From NCBI GenBank assembly GCA_015063325.1, contig SVUK01000004.1, positions 75,825 through 139,824 of the forward strand: a DNA stretch of 64,000 nucleotides, written 5' to 3'. Position numbers and translations under genes: made by a program. The notes beneath the pieces were generated by a model, which did not search any database, was not told where the DNA came from, and saw nothing but the letters and a program-made list of their open reading frames with translations. Every line of letters starts with the position of its first letter. Positions within the stretch are counted from its first letter, which is position 1. Of the stretch, positions 33,710-44,593 are shown in pieces. The DNA comes from Oscillospiraceae bacterium (GTDB taxonomy: Bacteria > Bacillota > Clostridia > Oscillospirales > CAG-272).

Positions 33710-34612
33710 ATGAGAAAACTGTGTTGCATCCTGCTCTGTATTGCCATGCTTTTTTCCATGACGTCATGCTTTTTGTTCAATGAAGCGAAAAAAAACGAAG
33801 CGATTGCTTTGTTTGAGTCGTTTCCAAAATCCCAGAATTTCATTCTCTTGACGTGCAAACAACTTGTAGTAAACGATGTGCATTATGATTTATCCGATAT
33901 TCAATACCACGGTCAAAGATGCAATATCGTTTTCTTAGAGGAAGATGGGTTTTACTCTTATTTATACGATTGGGAAACACTTTCGGTTGAGTTTTTGTTT
34001 ACCCGTTACGAGAACTTTGAAACCGTTTCATTTGGTGAAGATACCTTGCCGGCAGCAATTCCCGGCGGTTCCGGCGAGGGTTATTTTAAAGATCGTTGCT
34101 TCTGCTTCATACTGCGTGATCCGGAAGCGGATCATTTCAAGCGAATCTGTTATTCCTGGAATATTGATACTGCTCAAAAAGAAATTATTGATGTTGATTC
34201 CCTTTCGTATGACTATAAGCTTCGGTGCGACAATTTTCGCTCGGAAAACTATTCGTTTTTGAAAAATACCGAAACGATATCTTCTCTTTGGAATCCGAAT
34301 CCGTATATTGACGTAACAAATAAAAAAACAGGTGTTACAAAAAGGTTTGATAAAAATACACTTTACGGATTTGACGAAGGTATGAGGATCAAAAAAATAC
34401 AAAAAGGAACGGCTCCTAATATCAAAGACACAGTTTTTGAAAAAAACGGCGATATCTATTTTGCGTCGATTTTTATCATGGGGGATTTATCGCATGATCC
34501 TTCTTACTACTATATTGTTAAGTGGAATTTTGAAACTGAAAGATGCGAATTTTTTACCTCCGTTTTCTTTGAAGACTACCCGGAATGGATTTCTGATCTG
34601 TATATAAAATAA
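33710..34612 (+). CDS. Orphan lipoprotein, function unknown
   Basis: Lipobox MLFSMTSC. The gene is AT-rich, 300 aa, with aromatic/acidic-rich composition. Confidence 0.65.
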   Translation: MRKLCCILLCIAMLFSMTSCFLFNEAKKNEAIALFESFPKSQNFILLTCKQLVVNDVHYDLSDIQYHGQRCNIVFLEEDGFYSYLYDWETLSVEFLFTRYENFETVSFGEDTLPAAIPGGSGEGYFKDRCFCFILRDPEADHFKRICYSWNIDTAQKEIIDVDSLSYDYKLRCDNFRSENYSFLKNTETISSLWNPNPYIDVTNKKTGVTKRFDKNTLYGFDEGMRIKKIQKGTAPNIKDTVFEKNGDIYFASIFIMGDLSHDPSYYYIVKWNFETERCEFFTSVFFEDYPEWISDLYIK

Positions 34613-34623
34613 ATTGCCGCTTG

Positions 34624-34669
34624 AAAATAAGAATGCCCCGACCAATTTTTGTCGGGGCATTCTTATTTT
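34624..34669. terminator. Bidirectional terminator
   Basis: AAAATAAGAATGCCCCGAC-caattttt-GTCGGGGCATTCTTATTTT. Confidence 0.85.
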
Positions 34670-34675
34670 GCAGGA

Positions 34676-36085
34676 TCAATTCATTGCAAAGCGTTTCATC
34701 GTGTCGATCAGCACTCTTGCTTCCGTGCCGGTCGCGTCCTCCGCAAAAATACGGAGCAGGGGTTCGGTACCCGAAAACCGGCAAATCACGAAACTGTTGT
34801 CCGAAAAATAGACCTTGCAGCCGTCCTCGTAGCCAACCTTTGCAATCGTCTTTCCTGCAAAGACGGGTAACTTTTTCTCAATCATTAAGAGATTGTTGAT
34901 GCGCAATTTATCGTCTGGGTGGAAGGTCAGGTTATCTTCCTCCATCACATGCGTTCCGTAGCGCGCGGTCAAATCGTTCCAAATTTCGGTGGCGGATTTT
35001 CCAAGTGCACAAATCATTTCAACAAACAGGGAAGCGGCATAGATGGAGTCTTTGCCGAAAATATGACCGCGAACGGTCAATCCACCCGAGGATTCGCCGC
35101 CCAAAATCGCGTCTTTTTCGTCCAACTTTGCAGAAACATATTTAAAGCCGACGGGAACCTCGTAGCAGACTTCACCCAAAGATTCCGCAACCAAATCCAA
35201 CATATGGGTCGTTGCCAGATTGCGGACGACCGGACCTTTCCAGCCGCGGTATTCGTGCAGATAATAGTAAAGCATAACCAAAATTTGGTTTGCGTCGATG
35301 TAGGCGCCGTTTTTGTCGATAATACCAACGCGGTCGCCGTCGCCGTCAATCGCAATTCCAAGGTCGTATCCTTCTTGAACCACGCGATTTGCAAGCATTC
35401 CCAGCTGGTGCAATCCCGGAGCGGGTACCATTCCGCCGAAGAAAGCGTCACGATTGGCGTCCATCAGGTCGACCGTGCAGCGAGCGGTGTATAAAACCGC
35501 AGTCAAAGGGTAGGAGCCCGAACCATGCATCGGGTTGAAGAGCAACCGGATGCCTGCTTCGCGGATCACGTTCAGGTCGAGACGAGAAAGGATCGAATCC
35601 AAAAACCTGTTGAACGGCGCTCTCAAAAAAACAATCTTTCCGGCTTTTTCGGCTTCTTCAAAAGGCATAGAGCGAACGGTTGCGCGTTCAATCAGCTCTT
35701 CCAGGTGCGAGGTGCATTCCACCGGAGCGTCGCGCCCCTCCTCTACAATCAACTTAATTCCGTTGTAAATTGCCGGGTTGTGGCTTGCGGTAATTTCAAT
35801 GCCATAGTGCAAGCGCTCATCTTTTACGGTAAACATGACCAGCGGCGTTGGAGAGCTGCGGTGCAAAAACAGAATTTGAATGCCGTTTGCCGCCAGAACC
35901 TCTGCAACCCATTCTGCCGATTCTTTGGAAAGAAATCGGCGGTCGTAACCGATCATCACCGGTTTATCCTTTTTTCCCTCTTCTGCCATTAAATCGGCAA
36001 TCCCTTGCGCAACGCGCTGAATATTTTCTTTTGTAAAATCGTCGCCGATGACGGCGCGCCATCCGCCTGTTCCAAATCGAATCAT
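34676..36085 (-). CDS. Alpha-D-phosphohexomutase family protein (phosphoglucomutase/phosphomannomutase)
   Basis: MIRFGTGGWRA, the active-site TASHNP and the DGDGDR metal loop. Confidence 0.85.
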   Translation of the reverse strand: MIRFGTGGWRAVIGDDFTKENIQRVAQGIADLMAEEGKKDKPVMIGYDRRFLSKESAEWVAEVLAANGIQILFLHRSSPTPLVMFTVKDERLHYGIEITASHNPAIYNGIKLIVEEGRDAPVECTSHLEELIERATVRSMPFEEAEKAGKIVFLRAPFNRFLDSILSRLDLNVIREAGIRLLFNPMHGSGSYPLTAVLYTARCTVDLMDANRDAFFGGMVPAPGLHQLGMLANRVVQEGYDLGIAIDGDGDRVGIIDKNGAYIDANQILVMLYYYLHEYRGWKGPVVRNLATTHMLDLVAESLGEVCYEVPVGFKYVSAKLDEKDAILGGESSGGLTVRGHIFGKDSIYAASLFVEMICALGKSATEIWNDLTARYGTHVMEEDNLTFHPDDKLRINNLLMIEKKLPVFAGKTIAKVGYEDGCKVYFSDNSFVICRFSGTEPLLRIFAEDATGTEARVLIDTMKRFAMN

Positions 36086-36366
36086 TTTTTGTCCCTTTCT
36101 GCCGGAAGTTGAGCTTAATAACATTATAATTCGAATAAAGTCCACAAAAAAGAGAAAATCGGACATTTTTTCTTTTTGTTCGGTCGTTTTTTTTCAGAAC
36201 GACAAACTCCAGACTGTAAAAAAACTGTTAAATGTTGGGAAAAAGACGGACAAAGGTGTTTACAAATAAAGGGAAATGTGATATACTCTTAATTAAAATG
36301 TAGTATTATAATCAAAAAAATATAGAAAACCCGAATTTTTGAAATGATGTGTAAGGAGAAATCCAA

Positions 36367-38493
36367 ATGCAAGATTCGCAGGGAATGAAAAAAAATATGT
36401 TTCGGACCGATTTGCGCCCGGCATTGATTGCCGGAATTTTGATCGGTTCGGTTCTGCTCGGTCTTTTGACCACGCTGACGTTTCTGGAGCGATTTGATTT
36501 GATCCGAAGAGAGGAACTGCCTTTATACGCCGTGGCATTGTTCGGCATTTATTTGGTATCTGCAGGCGTTTTGCTGGTTGCATATCTTTTGCGGTATCAT
36601 AGGGTCAGCGCGGCGAACGACGCGGCGGAACTGATGTCCACCGAGGTCAGCGACCTGTTCCGGTATGTGGTCGATTTGCCGTACGCCATCGTCAGCGCGC
36701 AGGGAACGGTCAAAATTGTCAGCGGCTCTTTGCAGGAGATTCTGCAATACCGTTCGCCGATTTGCAATGTGCCGCTTTCCACCTTTTGCTCCGTTTCGGT
36801 CAATAGTATCATTTCCTATGCGCAAAACGGCGGACCGGTCAAGGATATAACGGTGAACAGCGACGGCGTTCCGATTGACAATTCCAAACCGATGATTACC
36901 GAGATTGAGGGAAGAAAGTACAGTTTAGATTGCTATATTCTTCGCTCGCGCGGAACCGATTACTATTTTGTCATTTTCCGTGACGTTACCGAGATTCTTG
37001 CCCTGCAAAAGAAGAAGTATGAAGAGGATCCCATCGTCGCCTATGTCGTTATCGATAGTTTGCAGGAACTTGCCCAGTACGTGCGCGTCAGCTATCGTAC
37101 GGCGGTGAGTGAGATCGAAACCATTCTCAAGGAGTGGGCGGAAGGATTCGGCGGAATGCTGCGCGAATATGAGCGCGAAAAATACGTGGTCGTTTTCAAC
37201 CGGTTGGCGTTGGATGAATGTATCGGCAATAAATTTAACATTTTGGAGACTGTCCGTAATGTCAAATTGGGCGATAACAGCTATCCTGTCACCATTTCCA
37301 TGGGCGTCGGCGCAATCAAAGGCAGTTTTGAGGAAAAGGAACGTGCTGCAAGCGACGCTTTAGATATTGCTCTGCAAAAGGGCGGCGACCAGGTTGCCGT
37401 CAACAACGGAGAAAGTATTGCTCTGTACGGCGGACGAGTGAACACCATGGCAGGCTCCACAACCATTACCTCTCGTGTCAACTCTATGCACCTTTCCAAG
37501 CTGATGCGCGATGCCGGAAACGTGTTGATTATGGGACACAGTGCCCCCGACTACGATTCCATCGGTTCCTGCGTCGGTCTTGCCCGGTTGGCAATCTGCT
37601 CCAAGGGCGGCGACTATTCCAAAATCCGCATCGTGGTCAACCGCGACCACGTCAATTTCCGCAACTGTTACGATGTCGTTGCGCATCTGCCGGAATACCG
37701 TTCCATGTTTATCGGCGGCGAAGTCGCACTGGATTCGGTTCGTTCCAATACGCTTCTTGTTATCAGCGACGTCAGTAATATGGCGCATACCGAGTATCCC
37801 AAGCTGCTCAAGAACGTACAGAACGTTGTTATCATTGACCACCATCGCCGTCCCGATCAGATGTATGAATTCAAACCGCTTATGACCTATATCCGTCCGG
37901 GTGTTGCCGCGGCGAGCGAATTGGTCAGCGAAATGTTAGAACTCAGCCCCTACCACGACGAGCTGCTCAAAGAGGAAGCGTCGCTCATGCTTGCCGGATT
38001 GATGTTGGATACCAAAAACTTTACGCAGGGAGCCGAAATGCAAACATTCTCGGCAGTGCGGTATCTCTACGAGCGCGGTGCCAATACCACAATGATCAAA
38101 TCTTTCTTTACCGAGTCACTCTCCAACCTCTTTACGGCAGTGGATATCGACAGCCGTACGCGCACCTATCGGGATAAAATTGCGCTGACATGGCTTTCGG
38201 TTGACCGCGAACAGAACGAGGAAGATAAGATTGCCGTTGCAAAGGCGGCGGATAAACTCATGAATATTTCGGGTATCGAAGCGTCGTTTGCTCTTTTGCA
38301 CGCCGGAAATTCGGTCACCATTTCGGCGCGTTCCGGCGGTAAAATCAATGTGCAAAAAATCACCGAGCGCCTCGGCGGCGGCGGTCACTTTGATATGGCG
38401 GCGGCAATGCTGAAAAATACCACATTGGAAGCGGCGTCCATTCAACTCAAACAGGTGATCGACGAATATTTGGATCACGAATATAAGGATTAA
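36367..38493 (+). CDS. gdpP: Cyclic-di-AMP phosphodiesterase GdpP (2 TM, PAS-like, degenerate GGDEF, DHH/DHHA1)
   Basis: Two N-terminal TM helices, DHH motifs (DYDSIGS, IIDHHRR) and GGGGH. The conserved gdpP-rplI-dnaB gene order is present. Confidence 0.88.
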   Translation: MQDSQGMKKNMFRTDLRPALIAGILIGSVLLGLLTTLTFLERFDLIRREELPLYAVALFGIYLVSAGVLLVAYLLRYHRVSAANDAAELMSTEVSDLFRYVVDLPYAIVSAQGTVKIVSGSLQEILQYRSPICNVPLSTFCSVSVNSIISYAQNGGPVKDITVNSDGVPIDNSKPMITEIEGRKYSLDCYILRSRGTDYYFVIFRDVTEILALQKKKYEEDPIVAYVVIDSLQELAQYVRVSYRTAVSEIETILKEWAEGFGGMLREYEREKYVVVFNRLALDECIGNKFNILETVRNVKLGDNSYPVTISMGVGAIKGSFEEKERAASDALDIALQKGGDQVAVNNGESIALYGGRVNTMAGSTTITSRVNSMHLSKLMRDAGNVLIMGHSAPDYDSIGSCVGLARLAICSKGGDYSKIRIVVNRDHVNFRNCYDVVAHLPEYRSMFIGGEVALDSVRSNTLLVISDVSNMAHTEYPKLLKNVQNVVIIDHHRRPDQMYEFKPLMTYIRPGVAAASELVSEMLELSPYHDELLKEEASLMLAGLMLDTKNFTQGAEMQTFSAVRYLYERGANTTMIKSFFTESLSNLFTAVDIDSRTRTYRDKIALTWLSVDREQNEEDKIAVAKAADKLMNISGIEASFALLHAGNSVTISARSGGKINVQKITERLGGGGHFDMAAAMLKNTTLEAASIQLKQVIDEYLDHEYKD

Positions 38494-38538
38494 AACGAAA
38501 AAGAATAAAAGAAAAAAAGAAATAAAGGAGGTCTGCAT

Positions 38539-38985
38539 ATGAAGGTCATTTTGTTGGCAGACGTAAAGGGACAAGGAAAAAAGAACGATGTGATTGAAGT
38601 ATCCGACGGATACGGAAAGAACTTTTTGATTCCGCGAAAACTTGCAAAGGTTGCCGACGCACAGTCGCTCAACGACGTTAAGGTGCGTGAAGAGGCAAGG
38701 CTTTACCGGATTGAAACCGAAAAGAAAGAGGCAAAAGAACTCGCCGAGAAGCTCAAAAATGTCAAGGTCGTGTTCAAGGCTTCGTCGGGCGCCGACGGAC
38801 GGCTGTACGGATCGGTAACGGCAAAGGATATTTCCGACCGGCTGGAAGCCGACTTCGGCATTTCGATTGATAAGCGTAAAATCACACTTCCCGAAACAAT
38901 CAAAACCGTCGGGACTTACCAAGCGGACGTTAAGCTTTATACCGACGTGGCAGGAAAGCTGACCGTTTCGGTGGTGCAGGAATAA
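38539..38985 (+). CDS. rplI: 50S ribosomal protein L9
   Basis: MKVILLADVKGQGKKNDVIEVSDGYGKNFLIPRKLA. Confidence 0.95.
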   Translation: MKVILLADVKGQGKKNDVIEVSDGYGKNFLIPRKLAKVADAQSLNDVKVREEARLYRIETEKKEAKELAEKLKNVKVVFKASSGADGRLYGSVTAKDISDRLEADFGISIDKRKITLPETIKTVGTYQADVKLYTDVAGKLTVSVVQE

Positions 38986-39067
38986 TCAAACTCCGTTTTT
39001 TGCAAGCTATGGAAAGGAGAGAGAACTCCGGGGCGGCGGAAAACCCGTTTTCGGAATTCCCAAACGA

Positions 39068-40405
39068 ATGCAGGACGAATTGATGCGGAAATTGCCGTTT
39101 TCCATGCCGGCGGAGCAATCGCTTCTCGGCGCGATTCTCATCGACCCCTCGGCACTCAACGAGGTGGCGGTAACGGTCAAAGCGGACGATTTCTATTTGG
39201 AAGAACATAAACAGATCTACCTTGCCATGACCGAATTGTTCTTGGCAAGCCACGAGATCGATGTGGTCACACTGATTGACCGATTGGTCACAAGCGGCGT
39301 ATATGATAAATCGGGCGGCGAAGACTATTTGCGCACGCTTTCGGAGGCGGTTCCCGACGCGCTCAACGTCAAGGACTACGCCCGGATTGTCAAGGATAAA
39401 AGCGTTTTGCGGCAGCTCATTGTCGCGGCAAGCGAAATTTCCGAGAGCGCCTATTCCGAGCAAGAATCGGTCGCGGCGGTGCTGGATCATGCAGAAAACC
39501 TGATTTATCAGGTAGCGCAGGGTAGGGATACGCAAAATTTCCGCTCCATTCAGGAAGTTTTGCAAACCTTTTACGATAATCTGCATCAGTTGCAGGAAAA
39601 TCCAGAGGCAGTCGCCGGAACCAAAACCGGTTTTTCGGCGCTGGATCAGGTGCTTGCCGGAATGGGAAAGACCGATCTGATTTTGGTCGGAGCGCGCCCC
39701 GGTATGGGAAAAACCTCCTTTGCGCTCAACGTCGCCACAAACGTGGCAAGACAAACGGGCAAAAAGGTCTGCTTTTTCTCGCTGGAAATGTCGGCGGAGC
39801 AGGTCGTCAGCCGTATGGTGTCAAGCGAGGCGCTGGTCAATAGCTATGCGCTCCGTACCGGAAAATTGGAGCCGGAGGATTGGGAGCACCTTGCCTATGC
39901 CGCGTCGGAACTGGCAAAATGTCAGATTTTAATCGACGATACTTCGGGTATGACGGTAACCGCCATGAAGGCAAAATTGCGGCGTGAAAAGGATCTCGGA
40001 TTGGTCGTCATCGACTATTTGGGACTCATGCAGGGCGATAAACGTGCCGAAAACCGCGTGCAGGAAGTTTCGGCAATTTCACGTGCGCTTAAAATCATGG
40101 CGAAAGAACTCGGCGTACCCATTATGTGCTGCGCGCAGCTTTCCCGTGGACCGGAATCCCGGACCGATAACCGTCCGCAGCTTTCCGATTTGCGTGATTC
40201 GGGTGCGATTGAGCAGGACGCCGATACGGTTATTTTTCTCTATCGTAGTGAATACTACAAAAAGGAAGAGAAGAATATGAACGAAATGTCCATTGCTGAA
40301 ATCATTGTCGCTAAAAACCGTCATGGCGAAACACGAACGGTGCGCATGGGGTGGAACGGACAATACACCAAGTTCGTTACCATCGACGATAACGCGCCGC
40401 AATGA
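39068..40405 (+). CDS. dnaB: Replicative DNA helicase
   Basis: PAEQSLLGAILIDP, Walker A GARPGMGKTSF, and SLEMS/IDYLGLM motifs. Confidence 0.95.
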   Translation: MQDELMRKLPFSMPAEQSLLGAILIDPSALNEVAVTVKADDFYLEEHKQIYLAMTELFLASHEIDVVTLIDRLVTSGVYDKSGGEDYLRTLSEAVPDALNVKDYARIVKDKSVLRQLIVAASEISESAYSEQESVAAVLDHAENLIYQVAQGRDTQNFRSIQEVLQTFYDNLHQLQENPEAVAGTKTGFSALDQVLAGMGKTDLILVGARPGMGKTSFALNVATNVARQTGKKVCFFSLEMSAEQVVSRMVSSEALVNSYALRTGKLEPEDWEHLAYAASELAKCQILIDDTSGMTVTAMKAKLRREKDLGLVVIDYLGLMQGDKRAENRVQEVSAISRALKIMAKELGVPIMCCAQLSRGPESRTDNRPQLSDLRDSGAIEQDADTVIFLYRSEYYKKEEKNMNEMSIAEIIVAKNRHGETRTVRMGWNGQYTKFVTIDDNAPQ

Positions 40406-41736
40406 AAAAACAAGACGGAATTCCAATGCCGTGGGAGCTTGCCGAATGCGATCCCAAAACGCCGGTTTTGGTGGCGCTTTCGGGCGGAGCCGATTCGCGT
40501 TTTTTGCTGGATCGGTTGGCAAAGGGAAGCAAACGGGATGGATTTCCAATCCTGCTTGCTCATGTTCATCACGGTATTCGGGGGGCGAGCGCCGACCGCG
40601 ATGCGGATTTTTGCCGCGATTTGGCAAAGCGGTACCAACTTCCCATTGAAGTGCTTTCGGCAGATGTTCCTTTGCTTGCCAAAGCCAGCGGAAGAGGCAT
40701 CGAGGAAGAGGCGCGCGAAGTGCGCTATGCCTTTTTCGAAAAATTGATGAATGAACGAAAGATTCCTCTTTTGGCAACGGCACACCAAGCCGACGATCTT
40801 TTGGAAACCATGCTGTTTCGCATCGCGCGTGGAACGGGAACAACAGGACTGTGCGCCATTTTGCCGGTTCGAGCGTTCGGGCAAGGATTTGTCGTGCGTC
40901 CGTTGCTCGGATTTTCAGCAAAGGATATTCGGAACGCTTGCCGCGCAGAGGGATTGGAGTTTGTAGAGGATGAAACCAACGCCGATCCGATCTATGCGCG
41001 CAATCTGATTCGGGCGAGAGTCGTTCCGGCGCTGGAAATGCTTTATGCCGAGCCGCAAAAACAGGCGGCTAAACTTGCCGCGCGTTTGCGGCAGGACGAG
41101 GATTATTTTGACGGACAGATCAGAACCGTATGGCAGGAATCTTTTTTCAAAAGTTTGCCGTGCGAGGTTTTAATGGAAATGCATCCGGCTTTGCGAGTGC
41201 GCGTATTGATCCGTTTTCTCTCGGAAAATGGCGTTACTGCCGATTCTGTAATGCTGGAGCGAGCCGAAGATTTGATTCAGGGACGAAACGGGCGGAAAAT
41301 TCCGTTTTCGGGGAGTGCCTTGCTGTTGAAAAGGCAGGGGGAACTTGTCGTAGAGGAAAAAAACGAGGTCGTTGTCCCGACATATCGGCTACCGCTGACC
41401 GAAGGGGAAAATCGTCTTCCGGGCGGCATCGTAGTAACTGTAAAAGAAGGTAAAAAGACGAAAAGAACGCCCGAGAGCGAAGACATGACCGCATGGGAAC
41501 TGCGGTTTCCCGATCTTTCAATTGCCCTGAATGCCGGTTATTTTTGGAGATTGCGGAGCGAGGGAGACGCCATTCTGCGCGGAGGGCATCATAAACGTTT
41601 GCGGCGAATTTGGCGCGAAAGCGGCGTTCCCGAAGCATTGCGCAATCGTTTGCCGGTGCTTTGCGGCAAAGACGGTATCGTATGGGCGCCATTTTGCGGA
41701 TTTGCCAATGGAATTGAAAAAAAGTCGCTCAAATAA
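40402..41736 (+). CDS. tilS: tRNA(Ile)-lysidine synthase
   Basis: PP-loop VALSGGADS and the conserved tilS-hpt-ftsH gene order. Confidence 0.9.
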   Translation: MKKQDGIPMPWELAECDPKTPVLVALSGGADSRFLLDRLAKGSKRDGFPILLAHVHHGIRGASADRDADFCRDLAKRYQLPIEVLSADVPLLAKASGRGIEEEAREVRYAFFEKLMNERKIPLLATAHQADDLLETMLFRIARGTGTTGLCAILPVRAFGQGFVVRPLLGFSAKDIRNACRAEGLEFVEDETNADPIYARNLIRARVVPALEMLYAEPQKQAAKLAARLRQDEDYFDGQIRTVWQESFFKSLPCEVLMEMHPALRVRVLIRFLSENGVTADSVMLERAEDLIQGRNGRKIPFSGSALLLKRQGELVVEEKNEVVVPTYRLPLTEGENRLPGGIVVTVKEGKKTKRTPESEDMTAWELRFPDLSIALNAGYFWRLRSEGDAILRGGHHKRLRRIWRESGVPEALRNRLPVLCGKDGIVWAPFCGFANGIEKKSLK

Positions 41737-41848
41737 AAAAAGAACGTTCAAATAAAACTGCGCGCAAATAAAAAAGAACGTTCAAATAGTTCAAATAAAA
41801 GTGTACTCATAAAAAAAGAACGCCGAAAACATAGAAAGGCTCAAAATC

Positions 41849-42403
41849 ATGTATAATATCGAAAATGACATTGAAAGAGTATTGGTAAGCGAAGAGGAGC
41901 TGAAAAGGATTTGCGACGCGCTTGCCGCAGAGCTGACCGCCGAGTACGGCGACAGCGGACGTCCCATGGTGCTGGTTTGCATTCTCAAAGGCTCGTTCGT
42001 CTTTGCCGCCGAGGTCTTCAAGAGGCTCCGGTTTCCCTGCGCCATCGAGTTTATGAAGGTTTCTTCCTACGGCGGCGGAACCGATTCCTCCGGCTTTATC
42101 CAGGTGCACCTGGACCTCAAACGCGACGTCAAGGATGCCGACGTGGTCATTTTGGAGGACATTGTGGATAGCGGCAAAACGCTGGAAAAGCTTTCGCAAC
42201 TGCTTGCCAACCGCGGCGCACACAGCGTCAAATGTTGTACACTTTTGGATAAACCCGAGCGCCGGGTGGTCAATTTCAACGCCGATTTCGTCGGCAAAGT
42301 CGTTCCCGACGTGTTTGTGGTCGGGTTCGGGCTGGATTATGATGAAAAATACCGCAACCTGCCCTATGTGGGCGTTTTGAAACCGTCGGTCTATCAACAG
42401 TAA
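41849..42403 (+). CDS. hpt: Hypoxanthine phosphoribosyltransferase
   Basis: VLVCILKGSFVF and the PRPP loop VVILEDIVDSGKT. Confidence 0.92.
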   Translation: MYNIENDIERVLVSEEELKRICDALAAELTAEYGDSGRPMVLVCILKGSFVFAAEVFKRLRFPCAIEFMKVSSYGGGTDSSGFIQVHLDLKRDVKDADVVILEDIVDSGKTLEKLSQLLANRGAHSVKCCTLLDKPERRVVNFNADFVGKVVPDVFVVGFGLDYDEKYRNLPYVGVLKPSVYQQ

Positions 42404-42415
42404 ACGGAGGAATCC

Positions 42416-44515
42416 ATGAAGAGAAATATTATTCGCGAGCTTATTTTTTATGCAATTATCATTGCTTTGATCGTGGTTGCGCTTTCGGTGCTTCTTTCGG
42501 GCAATAAACAAACCGTAAAGAAAAATTACGGCGATCTGGTGGCTTATATTGACGAAACGATTCCGGATGAAGAGGTTCAGATCCAAAAATTGACCATCAC
42601 AACCGGTTACGTTGCAAAAGTTACCTTGAAAAATAACCAGACATTCTCGGTCAAGCTGGGGCAGTATTATAGCCTGCTGTTGCACGATTACGGCAAGCGC
42701 TTGAGCGAGTTGTGCGCAAAAGGCATTATCACCGAGCTGATTCTGGAGCCGGAGAGCAACAGTATGGCATGGCTTTCCTACCTGCCCATGATCCTTTTGA
42801 TCATCGCCATCGTGGTCATCTGGTTCATCTCTTTCCGCGCCATGAACGGCAAGAACTCCAAGTTCAATTCCTTCGGGCGCGCCAAAACCAAGCAGGCAAC
42901 GCAAAGCGATAAGGATAAGGTCTATTTCCGCGACGTTGCCGGGGCCGACGAGGAAAAAGAGGAACTGGTTGAAATCGTTGAATTTTTGAAAGACCCGCAA
43001 AAATACACCAAGCTGGGCGCCCGCATTCCGCACGGCGTATTGCTCGTAGGCCCTCCCGGCACGGGTAAAACCCTGCTTGCCAAGGCCGTTGCCGGCGAGG
43101 CCGACGTTCCGTTCTATTCCATTTCCGGCTCGGATTTTGTGGAAATGTACGTTGGCGTGGGCGCTTCGCGCGTGCGCGACCTGTTTGAAACCGCCCGGCG
43201 CTCCCCGGCGGCCATCATCTTCATTGATGAGATCGACGCCGTCGGTCGTCACCGCGGCGCCGGTTTGGGCGGCGGACACGACGAGCGCGAGCAGACCTTG
43301 AACCAACTGCTTGTGGAAATGGACGGTTTCGGCTCGCATGAGGGCATCATCGTCATGGCGGCCACCAACCGCCCCGACATTCTGGACCCCGCGCTTTTGC
43401 GCCCCGGCCGTTTTGACCGGCAGGTCACCGTCAACTATCCCGATATCAAAGGGCGCGAGGAAATCCTCAAAGTCCACGCGCGCAAAAAACCGATGGAAGC
43501 GGGAGTGGATTTCCGCAAGGTTGCGCAATCCACCGTCGGCTTCACCGGGGCCGATCTTGCCAACCTGCTCAACGAGGCCGCACTGCTTGCCGCCAAGAAG
43601 AACAAGCACCTCATCGGCATGGAGGAAATTCAGGCGTCGTATATGAAAATGCTGCTCGGCCCGCAAAAGAAGACCCGTGTGCGCACCGAAAAGGATAATA
43701 AGCTTGTCGCTTATCATGAAGCAGGTCACGCGGTTGTCACCTATTATTGCAAGCATACCGATCCGGTCAAACACATCACCATCATTCCGGCAGGGCGTGC
43801 CGGCGGCGTCACCATCCGTGTGCCGCAGGAGGATCAATTGGGTAAAACCAAGGGCGAGATGATGGACGATATTCGCATCAGTCTCGGCGGCAGAATTGCC
43901 GAGGAGCTGATTTTGGATGACATTTCCACCGGCGCCTCCTCGGATATCCAGCAGGCAACGCGTGTGGCGCGCGATATGGTCACGCGTTATGGTATGAGCG
44001 AGAAACTCGGCGCCGTTCTGTACGGTAACGAGCATTCTGCCGACGAAGTTTTCCTCGGGCGCGATTTCAGCTCGGGCAAAAACTATTCCGAAAAGACGGC
44101 CGCCGAGATCGACGACGAGATTCGCGCGATGATCGAGCAGGCATATAAGGATGCAAAACAGATCCTCACCGATCATATCGATCGGTTGCATTTCGTGGCG
44201 CAATACCTGTTGAAGCATGAGAGCATGGATGGCGATCAGTTTGCCGCCGCCATGAAGGACGACGCCACGGTAGAGGAGCTGGAGCGGATTGCCGCCGAGA
44301 AAGCCGAACAGAGCCGGCGCGATAACGAAGAGCGCGCCAAAGCCGAAGCCGAGGCAAAGAAGAAACCTGTCGGCGAAGAGGGGCTTCCTCCGCTTGAGGA
44401 AATGCTTAACGATATTGATGCCGAGGTTGCCGCCGAGGAGAAAAACACCTCTGCCAAATCGGAAACCGAAGGAAAAACAACCGAATCGTCAAATTCCGAA
44501 GATTCAAATGAATAA
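42416..44515 (+). CDS. ftsH: ATP-dependent zinc metalloprotease FtsH
   Basis: [14 protein letters not shown], the SRH region, zinc motif HEAGHA, and an acidic/Lys-rich C-terminal tail. Confidence 0.95.
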   Translation: MKRNIIRELIFYAIIIALIVVALSVLLSGNKQTVKKNYGDLVAYIDETIPDEEVQIQKLTITTGYVAKVTLKNNQTFSVKLGQYYSLLLHDYGKRLSELCAKGIITELILEPESNSMAWLSYLPMILLIIAIVVIWFISFRAMNGKNSKFNSFGRAKTKQATQSDKDKVYFRDVAGADEEKEELVEIVEFLKDPQKYTKLGARIPHGVLLVGPPGTGKTLLAKAVAGEADVPFYSISGSDFVEMYVGVGASRVRDLFETARRSPAAIIFIDEIDAVGRHRGAGLGGGHDEREQTLNQLLVEMDGFGSHEGIIVMAATNRPDILDPALLRPGRFDRQVTVNYPDIKGREEILKVHARKKPMEAGVDFRKVAQSTVGFTGADLANLLNEAALLAAKKNKHLIGMEEIQASYMKMLLGPQKKTRVRTEKDNKLVAYHEAGHAVVTYYCKHTDPVKHITIIPAGRAGGVTIRVPQEDQLGKTKGEMMDDIRISLGGRIAEELILDDISTGASSDIQQATRVARDMVTRYGMSEKLGAVLYGNEHSADEVFLGRDFSSGKNYSEKTAAEIDDEIRAMIEQAYKDAKQILTDHIDRLHFVAQYLLKHESMDGDQFAAAMKDDATVEELERIAAEKAEQSRRDNEERAKAEAEAKKKPVGEEGLPPLEEMLNDIDAEVAAEEKNTSAKSETEGKTTESSNSEDSNE

Positions 44516-44593
44516 AGCAAAAAAGGAAAGAGGAACCGCATGGTGGGTCCTCTTTTCTAAATATAGTTCTATATATCCGTATAAATGGAAGAA

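Noticed and set aside
41807-44218. 803-aa minus-strand ORF opposite hpt and ftsH
   Set aside because: It mirrors two unambiguous plus-strand genes and spans their intergenic gap. It has no recognisable domain and is a typical long antisense ORF of GC-rich coding DNA. The same reasoning applies to 22036..23247 (opposite pgk), 23866..25131, 32482..33858, 38116..38922, 38930..39754, 40079..40921, 48438..49559, 53643..54575, 58814..59791 and 62989..63903.
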